A DNA stretch of 64,000 nucleotides. Source: Felis catus (lineage: Eukaryota). The DNA is taken from positions 40,860,001-40,924,000 of the forward strand of contig NC_058368.1 of the NCBI RefSeq assembly GCF_018350175.1, given 5' to 3'. Both the position numbers and the translations under genes were made by a program. The notes beneath the pieces were generated by a model that saw only the letters and a program-made list of their open reading frames with translations, was not told where the DNA came from and searched no databases. Every line of letters begins with the position of its first letter. The first letter of the stretch is position 1. Positions 51,156-64,000 of the stretch are shown here, one piece after another.

Positions 51156-53039
51156 TATTACATCACCCTTTGTCTTGATTGGAGCTTTTAGTCCATTTAT
51201 ATTTAAAGTAATCATTATAGTATATACTTACTGCCATTTTGTCACTTATTTTTTGGTTGTTTTTGTTTCTTTCTTCTCTTGCTCTCATCTCTCATGATTT
51301 GTTGGCTTTTTTCAGTGATATACTTTGATTCCTTTCTCTTTAGTTTTTGCATATCTATCACTGGTTTTTGATTTGTGGTTACCACTGGGTTTGAATAAAT
51401 ATCTTATGCATATAAGTAGTCTACATTAAGCTGATAATCATTTAAATTTGAACCCATTCTTTACTCCTCTCTTCCAATATTTTAGGTATATGGTATTGCA
51501 TTTTGTGTCCTTTTATTTTGTGAATCCCTTGACTGATTTTTATAGATATACTTATTTTTACTGCCTTTCTGTCCCTACTTTTCTTTCTTCTACTTATAGT
51601 CTTTTCTTTCCACTCAAAAGTCATCTTTAACATTTCTTGTAGGGATGGTTTAATTGTCTCCAGCTTTTAAAAGTAGTGGCCTTATAAAAAAGAGGTCCTG
51701 TAGTGCCCTGTAGTACAATGTCCCTTGTTCACCAGCACCTGGTACTTCAGAGGTGTCTCCTATGTGTGGTGTGTGCACCTGGCTGAGCTGCTTTTGCCTT
51801 TAGTCTCATCATCTGCAATGACTATCTTTGCTTTTTGTGGACAGCATTTGTTACCTGTGTTGGTAGTGAGCCAGTCTGGGGCTGCTTGGGTTTGAGTTGA
51901 GTCAGACCTGCACTTGCCAAAGATGAAGTAGCATGGAACTGCAAGAGAATGTGGGGACAGGCCCCTCAGTACCAGCAAGGTTATGCCAGCAGGAGGGGAC
52001 CTGCAGCCACTGGGGACCCAGGCAGGCTGGGTTGGAGGAGGCAGAGCCACAGGGTCATGAGGGGGCAGGACATATGGTGTTAGCAAGATTTGTGCTACTC
52101 TGCTGTGGGAGGAGAACTAGAGCTGAGGGCCGGCCAGAGGGGGCATGTGCACAGGAAAGCACGTGGGTGGGGCACACTATTAGCAAGTTAGGTAGCAAGT
52201 GTTGGAGCCATGCTGATTCCTACATGTGTCTCTGTGTTTATGCTGGGGGGTGGGGGAGGGAAATGGTACCTGTCAGCTTTGTTCCTGGAGAAACCTCTCA
52301 ACAATCCCTGCCCCTCCAGCACAAGTTCTGAGATTAATAAACAAATCTGCCTTCCATATGTCCCAAGCATTTTTAAAACTGCTACTCCTATGCTGTATCT
52401 TTGTGGGGCCATTTGTTGTGGTGTCTCTTTAAGGGCAGGGACTCAGTTTCTTCTAGACCTCCTGAGTCTCCCCAGAGCCTATCGATTTTTAAAGTTCCAG
52501 GTTTTAAGCCCTGCTGATTTTAAGAACTTGTGAAATTCAGCCCCTCTTTTTCAGAGCCAGATGTTATGGGGATTTGTCTCCCCTATCAGGATCTCTGGTA
52601 TGAGAGTCTATGTCCCCCCTCTCTGTACCCATGGCATCCCTTTTCTCCTGTAGACAGTCCATTTAGCTCCATTATCTCTGCTCTTCCTGCCCTCTTCCAT
52701 GTGGCCTCTTCTTTACATTTAGCTGTGAAAAATTCTTTCTGCCAGTCTTTTTATTTGCTGCATCATTTACACTGAGGTGGCTGTTAATTAGTTGTATCCA
52801 TGGAAGGAGGTGAGCTTGAGGTGCTCCAACTCCACCAACTTCCCTGGAGGAAGTCTAATTTAATCCTCTCTTTAAACCTTTAAAAAAAAGTACCTAAATC
52901 CAGGGAATTAAAGAAATTCCTGATATAAACCAGAAAGTTAACAGCACAGCAAATACTGTATAACAGCTCCCATTCCCTTCAGGCAAAACTGCTTTCAAGC
53001 CCTCTCCTGCTTCATTGTTCAAGTTTCGTAGGCTTAAAC

Positions 53040-53365
53040 CAATCAATGTAATCCATTCTCCTAGACACAGCTGTTGTTTTGGGAAAAGATGTGGGCCAAT
53101 CAAGATGAATTTTAGAATGGCTTCTGGGTAAAAGTATTCTCTTTCACTGTATATTTATTAAGCACCTTGTAGATTTGATTGCTATTGGTCACTGTCCTAC
53201 AACCCTGAGACTAATTGCTCTGGCATCTCAGATGACACAGCACAGAAACAAAACTACTGAGTTCTTTGAGATAACAATAAGCTGACAGATCACCAAACCT
53301 TGAATTCTGCCCTACATCTGGATTTCCATTTATATGAGCTACTAAGTTTTATTTTTATTAAGCGG
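53040..53365 (+). mobile_element. MLT1-type LTR fragment
   Basis: GGCCAATCAAGATG...GGCTTCTGGG...CCCTACATCTGGATTTCC...ATGAGC...TTATTAAGC. Confidence 0.55.
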
Positions 53366-53537
53366 AAAAAAAAAAAGAGTTTTTTCCTATACTCTCGGCA
53401 ATTTTTTTGTCCTCTCTTCTCCGATTCAGACTGGAAGAGGCCAAAACCTACTGTTATCTCCATCACTTGCCTGCTGATGGCTTACCTACAGTAGTCCAGA
53501 CTGGGGAAGGGGACTTACTCTCAGTTCAGGGTATGCA

Positions 53538-53565
53538 TGTGTGTGTGCATGTACGTACGTGCGTG

Positions 53566-53617
<52 letters not shown>

Positions 53618-53628
53618 CATGTGTGTGT
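53538..53628. repeat. Compound (TG)n microsatellite
   Basis: Perfect TG run at about 53568-53605 with degenerate flanks. Confidence 0.95.
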
Positions 53629-54114
53629 TTATACACATGCTTCGGTTTATTTCTTTGACTTGGACATATTAATTATTGATGTAGAGTTCTTACATTACCT
53701 AAGAGTAACCAGAGAACTCATAAGACCTCTCTAGATTAGCAACCAGGGGCATTAGCAGGCATTGAAATCAGAGGCCCGGAAATATGAAAGTGCTAAGAGA
53801 TCCAGCAATCAAAGACTCAAATATGTAAGCAATAGTCCCACTAAATATATTTAAAGTAACAGTAAATACAATTGCTGTGTGAATGTTCAGTGTATCTTTA
53901 TTTAAATATATAAATCTTTATTTTTTCCTAGAAAAAAGGAAAAAAAAACTAAATTTGGTTCACAAAATAATTTCATAAATACATTATTTTCTTTAATTTT
54001 TTTTCCCCTTCAGATGCCCAGCCCCTTCAGCAGCAAGCTTTACAAAACAATTGTCATCTGAAAGTCTAGGAGTATTCAATAAGAAACCGTTTAACCTTTC
54101 TTTAAAACATACAA

Positions 54115-54330
54115 GGGGCATCTGGGTGGCTCAGTCGGTTAAGTGTCTGACATCGGGTTAGGTCCTGATCTCGCAGCTCGTGACTTTGAGCCCTGCATTG
54201 GGTCTTTGCTGACAGCTTGAAGCCTGAAACCTGCTTCGGATTCTGTGTCTACCACTCTGTCCTCTTCTGACTGTGCTATCTCTCTCTCTCTCTGTCTCTC
54301 TCACAAATAAGTAAACATTAAAAAAAATTT
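54115..54330 (+). mobile_element. CAN-SINE
   Basis: GGGGCATCTGGGTGGCTCAGTCGGTTAAG head; TSD core TTTAAAACA. Confidence 0.96.
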
Positions 54331-55129
54331 AAAACAATCTTTTCTAAATGTTTTTACTAAATAAGTTTTTCCCCCTGTCCATCTTTGAGGATGTGAGTAA
54401 ATCTTCAGTAAAACAGGATTTGAAAATTTTACACTTTACCTCAATATTCACTGTTTGCACATCACTGATTGTTTTCATATTACTCAGTGTTTGGTTACAG
54501 GATCCATTCTCTGAACTCAGATGATGTTTACAGCCTTATTGGTTGTGGAAATCAGAAGGATATCTTTTTTGACTTACTGTTGTTCTTATTTAGTGATTTG
54601 CTCTGGTGTCTCCTATTCTTTTGGAGTCATGAGTATTTGGTAACAACAACAAAAAAACCTTTGACTTGTATCTCTGCTCCCATGTAATCCTCCCTGTTAG
54701 TCTAACCCGAGGGATGCAGTTTGAAGAGTGTATTTACTTCCTCCCATTACCCCTGACTATGTTACTTTAAAGCAAGACTACTTTAGCAGAATATATCATT
54801 GTATACCTCCAAGCTTTCTTAAGAAGCTATAGAGTAAAGACTATTTTTCGTCCTGGAAATGTCTGAATTCAGAAACATGTAGAAAATTCATGACAACTCC
54901 AAATTGTTTTAATATATATACCATGTCTTTAGGATCAATACAGATATAAATATCTATAATCTTCATATATAATGCTTAATATCATTAAGAAATAAGTGTG
55001 TAGGCAATGTTGCAGTTTTGACTGATGTCCATGTAGTTTGGTACCCTCTGATTCATTTTCAGTTTCCTTATAAATTCGCTCATTTCTTATTTTTATTCAT
55101 TTTTTTGCTGATTTTTCTTGTTTCATATT

Positions 55130-55590
55130 ATAATTATTATTTAATAATTTTATATTTTCAGAAGAGTTGTAAAAATTGTTCAGTGACTTCCTACCTGCCC
55201 TTTACTCAGTTTCCTCTAAGGTTGACATCTTATATAACACTTAATCACAACTTGAAAGTTAACACTGATACAATATGGGAACTAAACAACAGTTTTCACT
55301 CAGATTTTACCAGTTTTCTTTTTCCATTAATTTCCTTGTTGTTTTTTTTTTTCTGTTCCAGCATTTACTATGTGATACCATGTTGCATTTTTTCTCAGTG
55401 TTCTCCTTTACGAGTTCTCCATACTTAATTATTTTTCATAAGCTGGACACTTTCACAGACTAGTTGTCAGGTATTTTGTTCCATGTCTTTCTGTTTGGGT
55501 TTGTCTGCTGTTTTCTAATGAATCACTGGATTTATGGATTTGTGTGGAGAACATCGCAGAAGTGACTTGCCCTTCTCATCACATTGTCTC
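55130..55590 (-). mobile_element. L1MC/L1MD-like 3' end
   Basis: TAATTTTATATTTTCAGAAGAGTTGTAAAA...CAGTTTCCTCTAAGGTTGACATCTTATATAAC...TTAACACTGATACAAT. Confidence 0.7.
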
Positions 55591-57241
55591 CACTCCTCTT
55601 TGTAACCTTAGATTCCCTCTGCTTTGCTGTCACAACCCTGTTTCTGAACTTGCAATTATTATGAGAGTACAAAATATTCCAACTTAAATGGGCTTATTTT
55701 CTATGAATGAGGTTTGTATCTATAATTAATATATTCTCCTATTTAGCATCACAAGGCTTACTTGGCCAGCATGTTTGAAGACAGTTCATAATAAAACAAA
55801 TACTTCTAACAGTATTTTGTAAGGATTCTTGTTAGTGATGTAAGATATCTAAGGTATCTAAGACCTAGTTTCCCCTTTTCCCATTATAGAAAACGGTGCA
55901 GGTTTTATGTAAAAATCTCAAAAAAGAACTGTGTTTAATTATGAGCCCAAATGATTGACATAAATTGGTAAATTCCCTTGACAACCTAGACAACTCTTAG
56001 TTAATATAAAAGTTTTATAATAAAAAATGGACTCCATGCCATGTATTTTAATAATTACTTCTCAAAAATTTAGAGCTAAATAAGAAAATCTATTATCAAG
56101 GGGATAAAATGCAAAAGAGCTATGATTCCAGCTTTAAAAGATTCCTCTAAAAGTTATTTTGAATATTATGCTATATTCAGGTTGATTGAAAGTTAAGAAC
56201 TACTTCTCATTAAGTCAAATTAGATATAATGGGGAACTACTTATACATCTATTACTTACACCTTTTCTTTCTTCCTTTTTTTTTTCTTTTGAGTTCTCAT
56301 ACACTTCTTTTTTGACTTGTAAGTAGGGCGTTTTGAAAATGTATTACATTATGGTAATATAGCATACATTCTCCTCCTTTAGTTAAATGATGAAATTTTA
56401 ATTATGTAAACCTTTGTAATATGTGAGATGAACTATTTTAATAAATAAGTACAGAACAAAAATACCAAGGTAGCTTAATTAAAATCTGTATACAATTCTT
56501 TAGCTTGTGGGTAAAAACAATTATGAGTTCTTAAGATAAACCAATATTACTCTTTTAAAAAGATGATCATATATACAGTATTATTTTCTGAAATACAATT
56601 TTATTTTATAATTCATATATTTAACATAAATATTATACTTCAATTTATTTAATCTTAGAGGTCTTATTTTAGATATTTTGCTAATAGTTTTCTTTCAAAA
56701 CGTGAAAGAAATAAACTCATTCAATTGATTTCTCAGATTGAGATCTCTTTGTTCACATGGAATTTTAACTCTTTTCTAATAAATAACTTGAAGCCTTCAA
56801 ATTTTTGTGATGATGGTGATTGTAATTCTTCTAAATAGCAGTTAATTCTTGCCTATTAACTATTTTTTTTCTCACTTGGAGATTAGGTTTCTGTTTATGA
56901 TGGCAAAATCTCCCAACATCCACTATTGTGGCAGTTACAATAGAAGCAAACTGTGCGAGAAGGGGGAAAGGAGGTATGTAGAAGGAAGAGAAAGGGAAAA
57001 GCTATGTTTTAGAAAGATAAGGAAAACCATGCAATTTGGTTATAGTATGAATCTCAATCCATAATACATAAAATACACCTTTTTATTTATATTATACCCG
57101 TATAGATTCCCAACCAGTTAATTGTTACACAGGGCAAGACAGAAATATCTAAACCTAAGTGGACAGACTCTATAAAGCAAATAATATTAACAACAGTGAA
57201 TTTGTTACCTATGTTTCTAATTTTAGAAAGAAAGGCTATTA

Positions 57242-57521
57242 ATTTTTATTGATATATAATTGACTATAGCATTATATTAGTTTCAGGTGTATAACATAAT
57301 AATTTGCTATATGTATATGTTGCAAAATGATCACCACAATAAGTCACTTAGTTACACAGTTTTTTCTTGTGATGGGAACTTTTAACATCTACTCTTTTAG
57401 CAATATTAAAATATACACTATAATATTGTTAATTATAAACACCATGCTGCACATTACATCCCCAGGACTTATTTATTTTATAACTGGAAGTCTGTATCTT
57501 TTAATTACCTTTGTGCATTTT
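57242..57521 (-). mobile_element. 5'-truncated L1 3' end
   Basis: TTTTATTGATATATAATTGAC...CCCAGGACTTATTTATTTTATAACTGGAAG; TSD GCTATTA at 57235-57241 and 57522-57528. Confidence 0.88.
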
Positions 57522-59499
57522 GCTATTAGAATAGAAATAGAACAGGAAAGCTGTTCTTATTATTGTTTAGTAATTGTGTTGTGATGGTTGTTGCTAATTA
57601 TGTATATTATATATTTATATATATTATGTATTATACATTGCTGATTATACATCTTATATAGTGCTGATTATATATCATATATATTTATATATCTGATATG
57701 TCATATCTTTCCTTATTTATCTATATTCAGTTCTTTATCATGCTCTAAATTTTAGAGTCAACACTAAATAAAAATTGGCAGTTATCTTGTCAACATGGTC
57801 AATGAAGATGCATAATTTATGTTCATGGGAATATCTTATCTATTACAAGTTGAATGGTTGCCAAATGCTTCTAAATTATTACAATTTACTATAACCCCTT
57901 ACTTCACTTTCCTCAGTAGAATATCCATCAATAATAGGATCAGTAGAAAGTGAATACTTACTGATCCCAGATATTTTTTAGGTCAGAGAACATGGAAATA
58001 AAAAAAAAAATTTTGAATGGCTTTTTTAATTATTAAGAATACAACTGGCTACATATGTTTTAAGCAAGGATGTCGTTATTCCATTTATTCAGAACACTTG
58101 TAATAGTTCGTTGAAGAGTTAAAAAGAAAAAAAACAAGAACAAAAACGAAATGGAACATTAAGAGAAGTATCCCTTTGTTCCTGTATAGAGCCAATTTAT
58201 TCCAGACATAAACACAATAAACTCAAAGTCATGTACATGTGGTGTTTCCACATCCTATAGCCTGTTTGTTAACCATATGTAAAAAATTGCCATTAACCCA
58301 CCTGCCATGGTAAGAAATTTATGTTCTTTTTCTTTTTCTTTTTAAAGTAAAATGGCAAATCACTATCACTGAAATAGTAGTACTTTTATCAACCTAAAAA
58401 TTGTCACCATTTTTTTAGTCCATAGGATCAATTTATTTGCATATACTCAACATTTACTGAATTTAGATTCTTAGACTAGAAGATTCAATAATGAAAGTGA
58501 AAACAATTTCCTGACAAAAATACCTCAATGTTCTTAAGTGCTTAATATATTCTATTTTTCTGTCTTTGTGGATAAAGTTCTCTGATCAATTGCTGAATTC
58601 CTGTTTTGCTTTCTCTTACAGATAGAGCATAACTATTATCTGAAAGCAATTTTCTGTTACTGCTTAATTTTACATCTGAGCTCAATATAGAATTCTATTC
58701 TATCAAATTTTTACTACAATAGATTTATTTTTATTGATCAATGACTTTAAGAGAAATAAACTTGCCTCCTTACTAATAAAAAGAATAGCAGAACAATAAA
58801 CCAGTAGAACTATATAAAGAATTCAATCAGATGCTACATTTATGAAACTACAATGACAGCTCCCTTTGCTGTAGCCAAGTACTTATAACACGAATTATAT
58901 AAGATATAAAATGTCAGGCTCTTGACTTTGCCATTGTTATTTTCTCTGAGTATGATTAATAGGTGATATTTTTGGCAAATGTAATCCGTACATATCATGG
59001 GTGTTTCAATTCTGTTTACTTTGTCAGTCTTAGTGAGAAATTAGTAATTTGTGTTTATAATCATTGAGTGTTTAAATAATTTAGCGCAATGAAAGATAAT
59101 GTATATGCTTTAAATTAAATTCAGTGAAGGCTCTTCTACAATCACATTGGAAAAATTAAATGCTTCTTTCAGTCTCAATTGAACCTGATACTTCCTAAAC
59201 TAGGAAACCTCCTTACAGCTGAAGGTAATGATTCTCTAGGTTTAATGGAGAAAATGAAATTGCCCTCTTATATATTGACTTTAGGAAGCCTCTTACGAGC
59301 ACTGTAAAAAAAAAAAAAAGAATCTCAAATAATTTTAGGAGATTTGAATCATGAAAAATAGCAATCTTTGAAAAGCTTTCTTCCTATATTTATTTCTTCA
59401 ATCCATTCTTCCTCTACTGTTGCCCTTGCTACTTCTCCCACACTGCTCTAAAGTAAATGCCCTCTTCAGACAAATGATTCTTCTCTTTCTTTTGGCCAA

Positions 59500-59700
59500 T
59501 GTTACTGCTAATAATAAGCACAAGTGCTTTTCATCTTCAAAGTGCTTTGCAAGTATAAATCAACATTTTCAGCAACTAAGGGAGGAAAATTAACATTATC
59601 TCCATTATAGAGACAGGAAAACTAAAGAACAACAACAAAAAAGTTGAGTGCTGATGCCGAAGTGTAAGGCACAGAAATATATTAGAAAGGCAGTGTTTTA
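59500..59700 (-). mobile_element. MIR fragment
   Basis: TTCAAAGTGCTTTGCA...ATTATCTCCATTATAGAGACAGGAAAACTAA. Confidence 0.6.
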
Positions 59701-60714
59701 TCAAGTTACTCAAGAGTATTCAATTTCCTAAAACATCAAAATGTCTGAGTAGCCATTCTGGCAAGGTCACATAGAATACTCTTCTGTGTCCTTGCAGGGA
59801 TATTTATCATTTATTACTATGTGGAAATTATGGAATGCATGCTTTTATGGGTACCTTTACATGTACACTTCCAGAACACCTCCTCTGATTAGCCCTGAAT
59901 ATATATTTAATCTGTATGTTTGGGCATGTATGTGCTTTGTGACAAAGTAATGGGTACCCATATGCATTGTGTGCCACATCACGTATATTTTCTGGTTCTC
60001 ATATTTTTCTCTGGACCTATATCTCTTCTTTTAGACTCATTCACTTCTTGATGGAAGACTGGCTTCCACCGTTTTACTTCAGTGTGTGCCACATGGAATT
60101 ACAGGCATTGAGCATAGGCACTGAGTATAGTAGATGACGGCTGGGCATGCTACTAGTCCACTAGGTTTGAATAACTCATAGGCCACTGGATTTTAATAAC
60201 TCAACATTGAATGCAATGAAAAACAGGCTATCAACAAAGGTCCAGGAATTTTTGCGTACTGGTAACTTTGCTGCCACTTCCGTTCCTCAAGTACAAATTC
60301 AAAGGAGATAGACTAGCACTTTATTGCCTCAGTGTAGGAGACAATAAGGTGGTATTATGAGTAAGTTTTATTCTACAAATAAAATGCAAACCATTGATGT
60401 ATCTCGCAGCTCAACACAAATACTACTTGATCAGAAAGATTTTCATCTTCCATTGCTCTGCAATTCTAGAAATTCCTTGGAGTATTACCTAGTAAAGCAA
60501 GTTAGGATGTTGTTCCAAAAAACAAAAACAAAAACAAAAATCTGCTTTAGACTTTATTCTCTCTCTTGGGAGGAATTCTGTTTCAAAGCAAAGAGACCTG
60601 AATGTGAACTCTTTGGATGTGCTTTTATCTCTTTTTAATTTGCCTTCAGCTAACATGCCTTATTTGGAGTTTATCCATTTCTAAGAGTCTAGAATATTCA
60701 GAAATTATCTAGTC

Positions 60715-60906
60715 CAAGGGTTGGCAAGCTACTAGCTGAGGGCCAAATCTGGCCCACACACTGGTTTTGTACAGACTATGAGCTAAATATAAATTTATAT
60801 TTTTAGAAGGTTGTGGAAAAGAACAAGAATATGTGACAGTGACTACATATGGCCTGTAAAGCCTAAAACGTTTACTCTATTGCCCCTTAAAGTTTTTCGA
60901 CTTTTG
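60715..60906. mobile_element. MER58-like hAT-Charlie MITE
   Basis: CAAGGGTTGGCAAGCTAC...GGGCCAAATCTGGCCC...GGCCTGTAAAGCCTAAAACGTTTACT. Confidence 0.8.
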
Positions 60907-60971
60907 CCAATTAAATCATTCCATCAGCATCTTATTGCATGACACAGCTTTTTGTGGCGGGGGGTGTTAAT

Positions 60972-61949
60972 ATTTTTGCCAGCTTTATGGAGGTATAACT
61001 GAGAGGTAAACATTGTGTATATTTAAAGTGTGAAATATGATGTTTTGATGTAGGCATACATTTCAGAAAGGTGACCACAGACAAATGAATTAACACATCT
61101 ATCACCTGACATATTTGCCTGATTTTTTCTTTTGTAGTGAGAACACTTGAGATCTATTCTCCTAGCAAATTTCAAACGCATTTTAATTAACTTTAATTAC
61201 CATGGCTGTACATTAGGGCTTCAGAACTTCTAAATCTTAGAACTGAATGTTTTTATCCTTTGATGAGCATCTCCCCTTTTTTCCCAACCCCATCTCATGA
61301 CCACCATTCTATTCTATGTCACTATGAATTCCCCTTTTTTAAGAGTCTGCATATGAGGGAGATCATGTAATATTTGTCTTTCTGTGTCTGGATTATTTCA
61401 CTTAGTATAATGTTCTCTGGGTTCATCTATGTTGTTGCAAATAAAAAGATTTTCTCTCTTTTTAAGGGTGAGTAGCATTTCATTGTATATATCTCAACCA
61501 CATTTTCTTTATACACTCTTCAGTTGTTTTCATATCTCAGCTATGGAGAATGATGCTACAACAAACTTGTCAGTGTAGATATCTCTTCAAGGCAGTGATT
61601 TTATATTCTTTGGCTATGTACTCAGAAGTGGGGTTTCTGAGTCATATGGTGATTTCATTTTCAGGTTTTTTGAGGAACTTCCATACTATTTTACATGATG
61701 ATGTACCAATATACATTCCTGCTAAAGTGCACAAGGGATCCTTTTTCTCCACATCCATGTCAGCACTTATTATCTTTGACTCTTTGATAAAAGCCATGCT
61801 AACAGTATGAGGTTATATCTCATTGTAGTTTTGATTAGCATTTCTCTGATGATTAGGAATGTTGAGCATCTTTTTATATACCTGCTGGATATCTGTACGT
61901 CTTCTTTGGAAAATGTCTTTTCAGATCCTTTGTCCATTTTTAATTGGGC

Positions 61950-61981
<32 letters not shown>

Positions 61982-62660
61982 GACATTATGTTCTTATATT
62001 AGTTTCTTATATATTTTTAATATTCACGCCTTATCTGTTTTATGGTTTACAGAATTTTGTTTCCATTTCATGGGTTGCCTTTTCATTTTTTTTATTGTTT
62101 CCATTGCTATGCAGAAATGTTTTAGTTTTACATAATTTCACCTATCTACTTTGCTTTTATGTCCTGTGCTTTTTAATGTCAAAAAGATCCAACTTTATCC
62201 TTTTACATGTAGATAACCAGTTTCACCAACACAGTTTATTGAAGGGACTTTCCTTTTCCCATTGTGTATTTTTGGTGCCTTTGTTGAAAATTCTTGCCTG
62301 TATATATGTAAGTTTTTTTTTTTTTGGGGGGGTCTCTCTATTCTGTTCCATTGATCTATGTGTCTGCTATTATGCCACTATCATACTATTTTAATTACTA
62401 TAGCTTTATAATATATTTTGAAATCAGGAAGTGTAGTGCTTCCAGCTTGATTTTAGGACTTTTTTTTTTTTTTTTTTTTTTGCTCTTTCTGTGAAAATAA
62501 CATCAGAATTGTGATAGCAATTGCATTGAATCTGTAGGTCATTTTGGGTAAAATGGGCATTTCAACAAAATTAATTCTCCTGATCAGTGAACATGGGTAT
62601 CTTTTCATTTATTTGTATCTTGTTCAATTTCTTTAGTCAATGTTTTGTAGTTTTCCATGT
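60972..62660 (-). mobile_element. L1MA-like 3' ~1.7 kb (3' UTR plus ORF2 end)
   Basis: CAGCTTTATGGAGGTATAACTG start; TTTGAGGAACTTCCATACT; TTGAAATCAGGAAGTGTAGTGCTTCCAGCTT; TTGCATTGAATCTGTAG. Confidence 0.88.
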
Positions 62661-63345
62661 CCAGATCAACCAAAAAAACAGTAAGGATAAACTGAAAAAC
62701 AATGAAGTTGGTGAACAGCAGGTGCTGAGTAATGGAGTGAAAGAGATGTAAAGGAAATGACATTTCTCTGAGAATAGCATTTTATACAGTGTTAACTTTT
62801 GGAAACAGGTCAATGTTCTAGACATTCAAAAAATATATTACATTACAAGATATGGAAAGGGGAAAACAAAAACATAATTATGAAGAAAACTTGAAACAAA
62901 TGATTCTACTTTCTAAAAATGAACAGTGAGTTTCCAGTGATGAAAATAAGAATAGGGAAGAAAAAGAAAAAAGAACTAATTAAAGTAATTTATAAATATG
63001 GTGATAGACTATGTTCCTTTAGTTTTGAGTAAGATGAAATACTTGAAGACTGCAAATAAATGCTCAACTCTTTTAGTAGTTCCCCTACGAACATTTAGTT
63101 TTACAGATGAAGTTATGTTCAAATTATTTTATATATATTATATTGAAATTATTTTAGATATATTATAGGATTGAGCAAATAAATAAATTGCTAATATTGT
63201 TGGGAGCCAGGGCTATCAGTTTGGAGGAAGAGAGTTACAGATATTTGATAGAGGAAGATTTAGAAAAAAACTGAATTAGAATTAGAGATATTGACGTGAA
63301 CTTGAGATTTCTGAAATATGTATTTGTGAAAGTATACATACATTA
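62661..63345 (+). mobile_element. L1MC-like 3' UTR fragment
   Basis: AAATGCTCAACTCTTTTAGTAG...GGATTGAGCAAATAAATAAA...TGTTGGGAGCCAGGG...GGAAGAGAGTTACAGAT. Confidence 0.6.
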
Positions 63346-63350
63346 ACATT

Positions 63351-63806
63351 TAGGCAATTTTCATTATTCTTGGTAGTTATGTTCTATAAAGTTGATGTAA
63401 ACACTGAATTAACAAATTTCCTTTGAGAAAACTTGGTTAAGTTTCTCTGAACTTCTATTCATGCTGCCATCAACAGATCAATATATAACCTTGTTTTGTG
63501 TGAATTTCTATTCAAAGACATCTTATTTAATATGTCAACTAATTAACATTGAACCATGTCCAACAGCATGCTGAATAAAGCCTGTCTAACACACATATTC
63601 TCTGTAAGGCACATCACAGCTTCTTGCGCTTAGAAACACTAGATAGATTTCAGCTCTGCCCCTGGGGGTCTTTTAAACAGTGAACTCACAAGCGAAGATC
63701 ACAAAAATGCAGAAAAGTGGCACTATGTAGACCACCAAAAGATACTTGCTTACAATATGAGAGCTGAAATAAGGAAGCAGAGTTATATCTTTTTTGACCT
63801 CAGCTG
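63351..63806 (+). mobile_element. MER82-like TcMar-Tigger element, interrupted by LTR
   Basis: TCATTATTCTTGGTAGTTATGTTCTATAAAG...AACACTGAATTA...GTAAGGCACATCACAGC...GACCTCAGCTG. Confidence 0.75.
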
Positions 63807-64000
63807 ATATATCAGGGTTCTCCAGAGAAATAGGACCAACAGGTAGGAAGGAGGAGGGGACAGAGGGAGGGAGGGAGAAAGTAAGGGAGAGAGAGAGATT
63901 GATTTATTATAAGACAACTTGACTAAGTCATGGGATGCCCAGATACTTGGTTAAGACTATTTCCGTGTGTGTCTGTGTTTCCAGATGCAGGTGTTTCCAG
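63805..64000. mobile_element. MLT2 (ERVL) LTR, rearranged, cut by window edge
   Basis: 63805-63913 is the antisense LTR 3' end (CAGGGTTCTCCAGAGAAA...GATTTATTATAAG); 63914-64000 is the sense LTR 5' part (CAACTTGAC...GATGCCCAGATACTTGGTTAA). Confidence 0.75.

Larger units (their letters stand above)
47600..51200 (-). pseudogene. L1 ORF2 (endonuclease / reverse transcriptase) remnant with stops, frameshifts and deletions
   Basis: ORF-track peptides IRVGDINTLFTSMDRS (EN), FIPGIQVWLNIHKSI..HMIISIDSEKALD (RT) and [24 protein letters not shown] (C-terminal). Confidence 0.95.
47190..52855 (-). mobile_element. Near full-span carnivore LINE-1, decayed, ORF1 apparently deleted
   Basis: 3' UTR and poly-T at 47190, ORF2 remnants at 47.6-51.2 kb, GC-richer 5' UTR at 51.7-52.85 kb; degenerate TSD TTAAT(A/C)CT..CTCTTT. 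Confidence 0.93.

Noticed and set aside
62640..62700. L1 strand switch suggesting a twin-priming inversion
   Set aside because: The two pieces look like different subfamilies (L1MA-like and L1MC-like) and both include 3' sequence; independent insertions are simpler.

Overview
AT-rich, gene-poor mammalian genomic DNA, almost certainly from a felid: it has 15 tRNA-derived CAN-SINEs, three of them of the young CpG-rich cat-type SINEC_Fc class. I found no intact protein-coding gene, rRNA, tRNA or CRISPR array, and the listed ORFs are antisense, repeat-derived or chance frames. Much of the window is layered transposon debris: a 5.7 kb decayed carnivore L1 that appears to lack ORF1, a ~3 kb L2, many older L1M, MIR, MaLR/ERVL and DNA-transposon fragments, and microsatellites. 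The most notable observations are a 29-nt 3'-truncated U6 snRNA retrocopy with target-site duplication (TSD), an unassigned ~0.9 kb coding-like segment (4.5-5.5 kb), three related solo ERV LTRs within 7 kb, and an apparent internal inversion in an MLT2 LTR at the right edge. I see no solid evidence of a new biological system. Repeat family names come from recalled consensus similarity, not a database search, and boundaries of old elements are approximate.
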